A stretch of 64,000 bases of DNA from an uncultured Chloroflexia bacterium (GTDB lineage: Bacteria > Chloroflexota > Limnocylindria > Limnocylindrales > CSP1-4): positions 32,001 through 96,000 of the forward strand of contig CAWEYL010000004.1 of the NCBI GenBank assembly GCA_963813335.1. Direction: 5' to 3'. Both the position numbers and the translations under genes were made by a program. Below the pieces are notes generated by a model. It worked only from the letters and a program-made list of their open reading frames with translations. It had not been told where the DNA came from and ran no database searches. This document shows positions 40,303 through 49,028 of this stretch, one piece after another (the first letter of the stretch is position 1; each line of letters begins with the position of its first letter).

Positions 40303-40797
40303 ATGAGTGACCCGAGTGTCTATCGGGCCGACGGCGGCGCCGAAGAAACACCGCCTGTCGACGCTCGGGTACGATCGGGAACCAGCCGATCCATCACTCG
40401 TGGCTTCGCTTGTGGGCTGATCGGCGGGATCGCGATCGTCATGGCGATCGCCTGGGTGTCGAGCCTTCGCTTGAGCCTGAGCGTCGAGCAGGGCTTCATC
40501 GGGGCATGCATCTTGGCCACATGCGTCGGGCTGCTCACGGCTTGGGTTTCGCGCGGGTTCAGGGGCCTGGCGGGGCTCCTCATCGGAGGATACGTCGGAG
40601 GGCTCGTCGGAATCTGGATCACGAACTCCGCAAACGATGGCATTGGCACCGGAGACGTTGGTTTCTATGACTTCGCCGGGGCCATGGTAAGAGCAGCGAT
40701 CTGGTTCACTTGGCCTGTATTGACAACCGTCGGTTACGGCGTCGGCCGAGGTCTCTTCGACTCTCGGAAGACACCCGGCGGGGCTGCCGCGCCATGA
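40303..40797 (+). CDS. hypothetical ~4-TM membrane protein (cargo 2)
   Basis: AGGAGG RBS, four Gly-rich hydrophobic segments, atypical codon usage. Confidence 0.72.
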   Translation: MSDPSVYRADGGAEETPPVDARVRSGTSRSITRGFACGLIGGIAIVMAIAWVSSLRLSLSVEQGFIGACILATCVGLLTAWVSRGFRGLAGLLIGGYVGGLVGIWITNSANDGIGTGDVGFYDFAGAMVRAAIWFTWPVLTTVGYGVGRGLFDSRKTPGGAAAP

Positions 40798-40904
40798 TCC
40801 GGCGACGTACTGTCCCGGGAACCTTCGATCGGAAACCCTAGGCGGCCGCCGAACCCCCCCACGCAGGACCGGTGTCTCATGGCGCGCCTCCGGCATTACG
40901 CTGA

Positions 40905-41004
40905 CCTGTCTCAGAACCCCCCGAGCCTATTGCCCGAACCACACTCGACCGGCGTGAAGCTGCCGGATGACTTCGTGGTCACGCCCTTCCAGTACGTAGA
41001 CTGA
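40905..41004 (+). repeat. msrA 3'-tail repeat, copy 3 (orphan, frameshifted)
   Basis: LSQNP/RAYCPNH(+AC)[19 protein letters not shown]; core 40928-41004. Confidence 0.9.
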
Positions 41005-41080
41005 CGCCAAGACCGCTCGGTCGTGAGCCGGTCGGCCCGTTGACCGACCGGCTCCACGACGGTCGGCAGGAGGACGCGAG

Positions 41081-41669
41081 ATGATCGACCCGATCGCGGA
41101 CATCATCGGCGACTACCGGGCTTTCGCCGCGCAGCAGCGCGACCGCCTGCTCGCCCGGGGCATCGATATCCGTCCGTACCTGCTCAGCCACCTCGCCGTC
41201 CGCGTGCCGGAGTGGGACCAGTACGTCCACCTGCGGACCCTGCTCGAACGCCACGCGACCGCGAACGCCGAGAACGTCTGGAACGGCCGGCCGATCTCGA
41301 AGATCCTCCTCGCCACGCCGCTCGAGGTCCTCGACGGGATGTCCGTCCCGCTCATCGAGCTTATCCCGCCCGTTCACCAGCGCGTCTACAAGATGGGCCT
41401 CGAGCATCTCGGGGTCGTCGTCGGTGAGGAGGTCGACGCCTTCTCCCGCGAGCATCGCGCGGCCCTGACCGGACAGCAGTTCCAGAGCGCCGGCTTCGAG
41501 CCGTACTACGTCCTCTTCGAGGACTTCACCCACGTGAAGTTCTACCGGATGCTCGCTCCATGATGGCTGCGTCCTCCAGGGGGCCACGTTCGACGGCTTC
41601 GTACACGTCGACGACTGGGTCCCGCAGCGCCTCGTGACGGCGACCGGCCCCAACCCGCTGCCCCGGTGA
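41081..41669 (+). pseudogene. VOC/YecM-like protein with a 1-nt frameshift (cargo 3)
   Basis: SHLAVRV, ENVWNGRPI, LIELIPP, GLEHLGVVV, VKFY; skipping C41552 continues SLHDGCVLQGATFDGFVH to TGA 41669. Confidence 0.75.
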
Positions 41670-41745
41670 ACGAGCCTCCCGCCGTCGTACGCGGACTGAC
41701 CGAACAGCCCGCCGTCCCGAAGATGGCGGGCGTTCCCCGGAATCG

Positions 41746-41776
41746 AACGGCCCCGGATCGTCGATCCGGGGCCGTT
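41746..41776. terminator. bidirectional terminator hairpin
   Basis: AACGGCCCCGGATC-GTC-GATCCGGGGCCGTT between convergent genes. Confidence 0.7.
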
Positions 41777-41798
41777 TCCGTTCGGGGAGGTTCGAGCC

Positions 41799-42311
41799 TC
41801 AGTACCCGTACCTGCCGCCCGAGCTCGGAGCTGGCGCCGGGGCAGAGGCGTCGGGCACGAGACCGGACCCACTGACCGTCGCGATCGAGAAGCCCTCGAC
41901 ACCGTTGCCGGTCGCGTCGCCGGCCTTCGTGTCGCCCTGCCAGTAGTAGAGCGGCAGGCCGCCGTACGTGACCTGGGTCGCACCATCCGGGCGGGTCAGG
42001 GTACCGAGCTGACCGGTGACTCCGGCCCGTGCCGTCGGCTGGCCCGTGGTTTCAAGGGGTGGCCAGGCGGTGGCGCAGCTGCCGGTGCAGCTCGACGAGG
42101 TCGCCGTATCCCCCGCGTGGGTGTACAGCGTCATCCCGCTCGGGCCGGTCAGGACCACGCCAAGGCTTGGTGAGCTGGCGGAACCGACGATGACCCCGGC
42201 GTTGCTCAAGGTGCCGCCACCGAGGGCGCTGGGACTGGCGGCATTCGACGTGCACGCGGCGACGGCGATGACGGCCGCGGCGAGAAGGGAAAGAAGGCGA
42301 GTGACAGACAT
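41799..42311 (-). CDS. COG4315/Lipoprotein_15-type secreted lipoprotein
   Basis: VAAC lipobox, GMTLY, CTGSCATAWPP, QVTYGGLPLYYWQGD, GYGY end. Confidence 0.88.
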   Translation of the reverse strand: MSVTRLLSLLAAAVIAVAACTSNAASPSALGGGTLSNAGVIVGSASSPSLGVVLTGPSGMTLYTHAGDTATSSSCTGSCATAWPPLETTGQPTARAGVTGQLGTLTRPDGATQVTYGGLPLYYWQGDTKAGDATGNGVEGFSIATVSGSGLVPDASAPAPAPSSGGRYGY

Positions 42312-42404
42312 TCGCGAAACTCCGAGATAGGCGAGTGAGCCGACCGTGGCTCACATACTCGAAGTACGCGGCATGCCAGGGCAGTGGTTTTGGGCGATCG
42401 CGTG

Positions 42405-42607
42405 GCCGAGTATCTGACCGACGGACTGGCTTGCATCGTCGAGGTGGAGCATCGCGAAGCGAAGGTCGGCGGGAGTGGGGACCTTTGCCGATCGACTTGC
42501 GCGTGACGACCGTCCTTCGACCGGAGGACGGGACCTGGAAGATCGCTCACCGCCACGCCGATCCGATCACGTCGGCTCGTTCGGCGGCTTCGGTCATCGA
42601 GCGATAG
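42405..42607 (+). pseudogene. 3' remnant of an NTF2/SnoaL-like gene
   Basis: EYLTDGLACIVEVEHREAKVGG /frameshift/ DLRVTTVLRPEDGTWKIAHRHADPIT; no start or N-terminus. Confidence 0.65.
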
Positions 42608-42619
42608 CTTCGACGTCAC

Positions 42620-43645
42620 TCACGGCACGAGCACGGCCCGACCGCGCACCGTCCGCGCGTGGAGCCTCTCGTACGCCCTCGGACCGTCTTCGAGGCTGAA
42701 CTGCTCCGTCTCGACGGTGATGGCGCCGGACCGCGCGAGGTCGAGCACCTCGTACAGCTCCGGGCGGGTCCCCCAGACGGGGCGGCGGACGGTGATCCCA
42801 CTTGGAAGCGTGTCGGCGCCGACCGGGATCGCGCCCGGGCCGAGGCCGACCATGGCGATGTCGGACCATCGGCCGACCAGCTTCGCCGCCAGCTCGGCGG
42901 CCTCTTGCAGTCCCACGAAGTTGAAGACCGCTTCAACGCCTCGGCCACCGGTGAGGTCGCGCACGGCCTGGATCGATGAGGTGTCGGCGTAGAACGCGGC
43001 GTGAGCGCCGACCTCGCGAGCGAAGGCGAGCTTGTCCTCGCTGATGTCGAGCGCGACGATCTGCGCTGGCGAGAGTGCCCTGAGGATCTGGATCGCGAGG
43101 TGGCCTAGACCGCCCACGCCGATGACGACCGCCGTCGAGCCCGGGACGAGCTTGGGAAGCGATGGCTTGATCGCGTGGTAGGGCGTGAGCCCGGCGTCAG
43201 TGAGCGGGACGGACCGGACCGGGTCGAGGTTTCCGAGCGGAACGAGATGCCGCGCGCTTGGCACGAGCAGGTAGTCGGCCATGAACCCGGGAGCATCGAT
43301 GCCGGGCCACGGGGAGCCTTCGCCGATGCAGTAGTTTTCGGCGCCTGCGGCGCATGCGCGACAGGAGCCACAGCCCCAGGCGCCATAGATCGCGACTGCG
43401 TCGCCTTCCCTGATGCCGGTGACCGCACTGCCGAGTCGCTCCACGATGCCAGCGCCTTCGTGTCCGAGCGTCAACGGCAACGGGGTCGCGAACTCCTCGG
43501 GCGCGAGGCTCATGAAGTACTCGTCCGAGTGGCAGACGCCCGCCGCAGTCGTCTTGATCAGGACCTCACCGGGTCCCGGCTCCGGGATCGGTACCTCGCG
43601 GATCTCTGGAGGACGTCCGAACGCCGTGTACTGCAGCGCCCGCAT
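42620..43645 (-). CDS. zinc-dependent NAD(P) alcohol dehydrogenase
   Basis: GVCHSD, LGHEGAG, CGSCRAC...NYC, GVGGLG. Confidence 0.93.
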   Translation of the reverse strand: MRALQYTAFGRPPEIREVPIPEPGPGEVLIKTTAAGVCHSDEYFMSLAPEEFATPLPLTLGHEGAGIVERLGSAVTGIREGDAVAIYGAWGCGSCRACAAGAENYCIGEGSPWPGIDAPGFMADYLLVPSARHLVPLGNLDPVRSVPLTDAGLTPYHAIKPSLPKLVPGSTAVVIGVGGLGHLAIQILRALSPAQIVALDISEDKLAFAREVGAHAAFYADTSSIQAVRDLTGGRGVEAVFNFVGLQEAAELAAKLVGRWSDIAMVGLGPGAIPVGADTLPSGITVRRPVWGTRPELYEVLDLARSGAITVETEQFSLEDGPRAYERLHARTVRGRAVLVP

Positions 43646-43801
43646 CTGTCTTCTCCTCTCTCGCGACCGATCCGAGAGTACACGCCTCGATCGGTCAGAT
43701 ACTCGTCACCCGGTCACGTGCGGATCCGGGCGTTGCCACCCGCGACGCCCAGGTGGCATCCTCCCGGATGGGGGAACCGGCTCGACGGCTGAGGGCTGGC
43801 G

Positions 43802-44464
43802 ATGGATCGATCCGATCCGGCATATCGAGGGCAGGCCGACTACAGCCCGCTCTTGCTCAAGCTCTACGATCCGATCGTCATCGGTGTCGTCTCCCGGCTG
43901 GTATGGAGGTTTCCGCCCGATCGGCTGCCGGATGAGTACCAGGCCCGGATCCGGGATCGCCACCTCGACGTCGGTCCCGGCACGGGGTACCTGATCGACC
44001 ACTCGGGGATCCCTGACGGCCGCCACGTCACCATCGTCGACCCGAACCCGAACGTGCTCCGGCACGCGACGAAGCGACTCCGCCGGCTCGACGTCACAGC
44101 CGTCGAGGCGGACGTCCTGAAGCCACTGCCTGTGGACGGCCCCTTCGACTCGGCGGCCCTCTGCCTCGTCATCCACTGCCTGCCCGGTCCCCTGGCCCGG
44201 AAGGCCACTGCGATCGCCAATATCGCGGCGGTCCTCGCGCCGGACGGCGTCCTCTTCGGTGCATCCGTGCTCGGGCGGTCCGGGCGGCACACCTGGCTCG
44301 GTCGCCGGGTCCTCGCCGCGTTCAACCGGCGCGGCGCCTTCGACAACCTCGATGACAGCGCGGAAGGTCTCCGCGAGATCCTCGCAGCCTCCTTCGAGCG
44401 CGTGGAGATGGAGACGTTCAGGTCAGTCGTCGTCTTCGCCGCGTCGAGACCGCGGGCTGGGTAG
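43802..44464 (+). CDS. class I SAM-dependent methyltransferase
   Basis: HLDVGPGTGY, ADVL, IHCLPG, LFGASVLG. Confidence 0.88.
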   Translation: MDRSDPAYRGQADYSPLLLKLYDPIVIGVVSRLVWRFPPDRLPDEYQARIRDRHLDVGPGTGYLIDHSGIPDGRHVTIVDPNPNVLRHATKRLRRLDVTAVEADVLKPLPVDGPFDSAALCLVIHCLPGPLARKATAIANIAAVLAPDGVLFGASVLGRSGRHTWLGRRVLAAFNRRGAFDNLDDSAEGLREILAASFERVEMETFRSVVVFAASRPRAG

Positions 44465-44565
44465 CCTGTGGGTCGTCACGGCGGGCAGGACGTCGACCTC
44501 GGCGAGGCTGACAGGCTCGTGACTTCAGCGACGGGGCCCGCTACGCTTGCCTCGGAGGTGCCACG

Positions 44566-44814
44566 ATGACGGTCCAACGGGCCTTGGAAGAGGCCATGCA
44601 CCATGAGACCTCGGCCGGCGTGATGGACGCGCTCGTCCAACAGGGCGTGTGGATGGCCGACGAGGACACGATGACGGCGGCGATCCACAACGTGTACTGC
44701 GGCATCATGGCCGACCACGAGCACCCGAACGAGAAGGATCGCGATCAGGCCCGACAGTTGATCGCCGCCATCGGGAAGTCGATGGGGACCGGCGCCGGGG
44801 CAGCGAGCGACTGA
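44566..44814 (+). CDS. small hypothetical protein
   Basis: GGAGGTG RBS, TACGCT -10 upstream, HNVYC...DHEH. Confidence 0.65.
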   Translation: MTVQRALEEAMHHETSAGVMDALVQQGVWMADEDTMTAAIHNVYCGIMADHEHPNEKDRDQARQLIAAIGKSMGTGAGAASD

Positions 44815-44848
44815 CGCCGGCGACGGTCCGCCGCTCGTGCCGCCGCGG

Positions 44849-45535
44849 TCATCCGGCGGAGGCGGCGTCCGTCAGGTCCCGATCCTGCATCTCCCACGCG
44901 TGGTCGAGCGCGTGGTACGCCGTGTGGCGAAGCAGGTACGGGATCGTCCAGTTGCCGAGCGGCTTGCCGTCGGCATACCAGGCGCGCATCGCATCGACGT
45001 AGCGGTCGCGGTGATGGGCAAGGCCGCCCGGCGTCCGCAGGTCCTCCAGCTCGGACGGCATCTTCACGCGCGCCGAGAAGTCTCCGCCCTCGACCCCCAG
45101 CACATGCTGGACGATCCGGTCGCGGGAGCGGCCACCGCCGCGGACGCCCAGGCGCAGCTCCGCCGAGACGCGCGCGGCCGTCTCGTCGAACTCGGCCCAC
45201 GCCGCGCGCAGCAGGCGCACCTGGCGGTCGAAGGTCGGCGCATCGAACGGCTCGCGGTCGAGCGGTGATGGCGCGAACGAGATGCCCCAGAAGTCGGTCG
45301 AGCCGACTCCCGGGTAGCGGCCGATGATGTCGGGGGCGGTCTGCGTCGCGAGCTCCGCGCCCAGCCGGGCGCGCTTCGCGACGGGGAGGTAGCGAGGCAC
45401 GTAGCGGACGACCTTCTCGACCGCCTCGTCCTCCGTCTTGCCACCCCGTTCGAGACCCGGCCAGTCCGCAGCGACGGCGACCCAACGCTTCCCTCTCGTG
45501 GGCTGTTCGACGAGGACGCGAAGCTGCGACGTCAC
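44849..45535 (-). CDS. hypothetical protein, HicB-like N-terminus and DinB-like C-terminus
   Basis: DWPGLERGGKTEDEA, STDFWG, GGGRSRDRIVQHV, LLRHTAYHALDHAWEM. Confidence 0.78.
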   Translation of the reverse strand: MTSQLRVLVEQPTRGKRWVAVAADWPGLERGGKTEDEAVEKVVRYVPRYLPVAKRARLGAELATQTAPDIIGRYPGVGSTDFWGISFAPSPLDREPFDAPTFDRQVRLLRAAWAEFDETAARVSAELRLGVRGGGRSRDRIVQHVLGVEGGDFSARVKMPSELEDLRTPGGLAHHRDRYVDAMRAWYADGKPLGNWTIPYLLRHTAYHALDHAWEMQDRDLTDAASAG

Positions 45536-45582
45536 CGGCTCATCGTAGCGATACGTGGACGAGCCTCCACCCTGCACACGAA

Positions 45583-45653
45583 GAGACCCTCCCGACGCCG
45601 GGAGGGTCTCCGTCATGTCTCGAAGGTGCGGCCCCGTCATCGAGACGGGGCCG
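45583..45653 (-). terminator. double hairpin
   Basis: GAGACCCTCCCG-ACGC-CGGGAGGGTCTC and CGGCCCCGTC-ATCGA-GACGGGGCCG. Confidence 0.6.
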
Positions 45654-45663
45654 TCGTCGGACG

Positions 45664-46845
45664 CTACTTGCGGTTGTTGTAGCTCGCGAGGCCGGACCAG
45701 TCTCCGCGCACAGCGTAGGACGCCTGGGTCGGCCAGGAGTCGAGGCTCGACGGTGGCAGGGCCCCGCCCGCCGCGATGATCTTGCGCAGCTCCGATGGGT
45801 CGGTGTGCTCGAGCTGTGCGTACGTGGTGACGCCGCCGACGGACAGGATCGTGGAGATCCGCGGCCCGATCCCGTTGAGCTGCGTCAGGTCGTCGGGCGG
45901 CGCGGCCTTGGCGGGCTTGGCCGCCTTCGACTTCGTCGCGCCGCGCTTGCTCGACGCGGTCGCCTTCTTGTTGTACTTCATCAGGCCTTGCCAGTCGCCG
46001 CTCGCGGCGTAGCTCGCCTGCTGCGGCCACGTCCCGACGTTGGCAGGGGGCGCCATGTCCGCGGCGTGGAGCGCATGCCGGACCTCTGGCTCGTTCGCGT
46101 CGGCCAGCGCGGCGTAGGTGGTGATGCCCGCGGCCGCCAGGGCCGCGCTCGCCTTCGGCCCGATGCCGGCGAGCTGCGTCAGGTCTTCCGGAGCCGCCGC
46201 GACCGGTGCCGGTGCGGGGGCCTCGGCCGGCGCAGCCTCGGCCGGCGCCGGAGCCTCCGCCGGAGCCTCCTCGGGGACCTCGACTTCGTAGTCGGCAACG
46301 ACCTCGTCGCCGCCAAGCGCCTCGACCGCCGGATCGACGAGCGCCTGGAGCGCGACGGCCGTCTTGGCAGGCAGCGTGTTCGAGATCAGGAGGGCCTTTT
46401 CGCCCGCGATGGCCTGTTGGATCATGCCGATCGATGCGGCCCAATTCCCTTCATACAGGATGAAGACGGCGCTCTTTCCCTTGGTGAGCTCCTTGGTGAC
46501 CTGGCGCATGAACTTGTCGTCGATCCCGATGTCGTGCAAGCGGTTGCGAAGGCCATTCAGGACACCGCCAGCCGCGCCGCCGACGACCGCGCCGGCCGGG
46601 CCCAGCAGGATGGCGCCGGCGATGACACCGACGCTGGCACCACGGACGGTGCCCTTCGCGCCGCCGAGGTCCTTGGTCTGATGGACCTTGACCCGGAACC
46701 TGGTCCGGTCGGCGATGGCGGCATCGACGATCTTGACGTTGGGGTCGACGTCATCGATCTCCTGGATCCGCTTCAGGAATTGCCGTGACGCCTTGCCCGA
46801 GTCCATCACGAACGCGGCGAGGGTCTGTCCGTAGTCTTCGCTCAT
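45664..46845 (-). CDS. DUF1269-like protein with two helix-hairpin-helix modules
   Basis: Gly zipper, DIGIDDKFM...GKSAVFIL; two DLTQLxGIGP...GxTTYAxL...WPxQA repeats. Confidence 0.8.
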   Translation of the reverse strand: MSEDYGQTLAAFVMDSGKASRQFLKRIQEIDDVDPNVKIVDAAIADRTRFRVKVHQTKDLGGAKGTVRGASVGVIAGAILLGPAGAVVGGAAGGVLNGLRNRLHDIGIDDKFMRQVTKELTKGKSAVFILYEGNWAASIGMIQQAIAGEKALLISNTLPAKTAVALQALVDPAVEALGGDEVVADYEVEVPEEAPAEAPAPAEAAPAEAPAPAPVAAAPEDLTQLAGIGPKASAALAAAGITTYAALADANEPEVRHALHAADMAPPANVGTWPQQASYAASGDWQGLMKYNKKATASSKRGATKSKAAKPAKAAPPDDLTQLNGIGPRISTILSVGGVTTYAQLEHTDPSELRKIIAAGGALPPSSLDSWPTQASYAVRGDWSGLASYNNRK

Positions 46846-47123
46846 CGATCCAGTCTCCTCTCATCAGGGACGGTGGCTGCCACAGCCGTGGCCATATGAG
46901 CCGTCGGACCTCGTCATCCGGGTCGCGGTCGACGAGGGCGGTGGGGGGTCGGTCACGGCGGGACCATGCCGTCCGCGGTGCGGAGGCGCCCATCGACGAC
47001 CAGTGACCGATCCTTCAGACACCTCCTCCCGGGAGCCTGCCGGATCGGCCCTCTCTGGGGTGTGCGAGGGGCCTCGACCTGTTTCCCGGCAGTCGCCCGA
47101 CGATGCTAGGCCTCGGCGGCCCG

Positions 47124-47320
47124 TCACGCAACTTGGAAAGGGGCTGGACGACGCCGATGCCCGTGTCGGCCGACCCAGGATTCGAGTGCATGCCCGGGTG
47201 GGATCTCGTAGGCGTCTCCCGCCACGATGTCCAGGTCGGTCCCCTCGTCCATCATGACGCGCAGGTGCCCGGTCATGAGGTACCCGACGTGGCGGTTCTG
47301 GCACGATGTCTCGCCGCGGG
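47124..47320 (-). pseudogene. cupin-domain gene remnant
   Basis: SCQNRHVGYLMTGHLRVMMDEGT...GDAYEIPPGH; N-terminus absent and C-terminus decays. Confidence 0.6.
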
Positions 47321-47349
47321 AGCGACCGCGATAGAGCACGGAGGTGGTC

Positions 47350-47739
47350 ATGGGCATCCTGAACGACAACCCGATGTTCCCGATCCTGCTGTCGTTGGAT
47401 CTCGATGCCAGTCGCACCTTCTATCACCACGTCCTGGGACTCGACATCCTCCGCGAGGACGCCGGCGATCGGATCGTCTTCCTCGGCGGCGGCGGGACGC
47501 AGCTTGCGGTGACTGCCAGCACGGTCGGCACCGCAGACACGCAGACCCAGGTGGCCTGGCGCGTCCCGGATATCCACGCTGCGGTCGCTGAGCTCAGGGA
47601 ACGCGGCGTGCGCGTCGAAGCCTACGTCGCACCCGATCCGGTCACGGTGGACGGCGTCGCGGACATGGGCCACTCGTGGGCGGCGTGGTTCATCGATCCC
47701 AGCGGAAACGTCCTCGCGGTCGTCCAGCCGAAGGGTTGA
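47350..47739 (+). CDS. VOC/glyoxalase family protein
   Basis: DLDASRTFYHHVLGL...AWFIDPSGNVL; GGAGG RBS. Confidence 0.9.
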   Translation: MGILNDNPMFPILLSLDLDASRTFYHHVLGLDILREDAGDRIVFLGGGGTQLAVTASTVGTADTQTQVAWRVPDIHAAVAELRERGVRVEAYVAPDPVTVDGVADMGHSWAAWFIDPSGNVLAVVQPKG

Positions 47740-47809
47740 CCCGGCCGGACTCACCGGTGCTTCATCCGGGCGTCACATGCCCCGAAGCTCGGGATGCTAC
47801 GTTGCTGCG

Positions 47810-48487
47810 ATGACAGACATCGAGGACCCGTTTCCGCCGGCGGTGGATGCGCCCGCCGGCGAACGCTACCTCCTGCTCGCCGACATCTCCGGCTATACCG
47901 GCTTCATGACCGGCGTCGAGAACGAGCACGGCGCCGACTTCAGCGCGGGGATCCCCGCAGCGTACGGCATCCTCGCCGGCCTGCTCGATTCGGTCGTCAC
48001 GGGGGTCGCGCCCGACTTCGACCTGGTCAAGCTCGAAGGCGATGCCGTCTTCGCGGTCGCGCCGGCGGCCCGCCTGGACGGCCGCGGAGACCGCGTCCTC
48101 GAGCGCCTCGAGACCACATACCAGGCGTTCGTCGAGAGCCGGACGCGGGCCATCCCCGCGCACGACCACATCTGCGTCGCCTGCCCCGCGGTCGCCGACC
48201 TCGACCTCAAGGTGGTCCTCCATCGCGGCCACACCGTGCGCCAGACGGTCGGGTCCAGCAGCGACCTGCTCGGCCCGGCCGTGACCGTCGCCCACCGCCT
48301 GCTCAAGAACACCGTCCGCGACCGCATCGGGTACCGGCCCTATCTCTTGCTGACGGAGCCTGCGGCCACCGAGCTCGGCCTCCCCGACATCGGCCTGGCC
48401 CACCACGAGGACTACGCCGACGCCGGGCCGATCGACGGCCGGGTGGTGGAGCTCGGCGGACCCTCTGGCGAGCCCGGTCCGCGCTAG
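47810..48487 (+). CDS. DUF2652 domain protein (nucleotide cyclase-like fold)
   Basis: LLADISGYTGF, KLEGDAVF, CVAC, LKVVLHRG, VAHRLLKN. Confidence 0.85.
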   Translation: MTDIEDPFPPAVDAPAGERYLLLADISGYTGFMTGVENEHGADFSAGIPAAYGILAGLLDSVVTGVAPDFDLVKLEGDAVFAVAPAARLDGRGDRVLERLETTYQAFVESRTRAIPAHDHICVACPAVADLDLKVVLHRGHTVRQTVGSSSDLLGPAVTVAHRLLKNTVRDRIGYRPYLLLTEPAATELGLPDIGLAHHEDYADAGPIDGRVVELGGPSGEPGPR

Positions 48488-48915
48488 GCGGACCCGGTCC
48501 GGTCGACCCTGAAGACCGGGTGGTCGTCGGCGGCCGGCCGCCGGTCGAAGTCCCGGCGGAATGGCCCGGGGAGCCTCGCGCGGTAGGCCGCGATCGCGGC
48601 GTCTCGTTCCGGGCCGGCGATCTCGGTCGCGATGAAGGTTCCCGGCCGGCCCTTCCGACGCAGTCCGCAACTCGTCGACGCGCGCAGGTTGCGCACCCAA
48701 TGTGACGTGCCCGCGAACGAGACGACGTACTGCCTCCCCTCGACCTCGACCGGGACCACGGTCACCCGCACCGGCGCGCCGGTCCGCCGGCCGGTGACCT
48801 GGAGCTCCGAGCTGATCCCTACCCGCAGCCACACCGGGTTGGCGACGCGTCGGACGAGGGCGACCGTCCGGGTCGGCGGGAGCGCGACGATGACGGCGGG
48901 TCGGGGCTCGTCCAT
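48484..48915 (-). CDS. deazaflavin(F420)-dependent nitroreductase family (DUF385-like)
   Basis: VTGRRTG, WVRNLRA, HPVFRV. Confidence 0.8.
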   Translation of the reverse strand: MDEPRPAVIVALPPTRTVALVRRVANPVWLRVGISSELQVTGRRTGAPVRVTVVPVEVEGRQYVVSFAGTSHWVRNLRASTSCGLRRKGRPGTFIATEIAGPERDAAIAAYRARLPGPFRRDFDRRPAADDHPVFRVDRTGSA

Positions 48916-49028
48916 GGCCCTGTCTCCGTGTGGCTATGTCGCGCCACGATATATCTGGGTCGATCGCCGGTCAATGGCTCGCGACGCTTGACCTCTGGCC
49001 CGCCCGCGACCCGGCACGATGCTCATCC

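Noticed and set aside
39526-41004. msrA tail repeats as a CRISPR array or classical integron attC sites
   Set aside because: The repeats are 75+ nt, protein-coding and non-palindromic, separated by whole genes; no cas or intI gene and no RYYYAAC...GTTRRRY hairpin.
46850-47120. Possible small ORFs or RNA in this intergenic gap
   Set aside because: No convincing RBS-start pairing, motif or extended structure.
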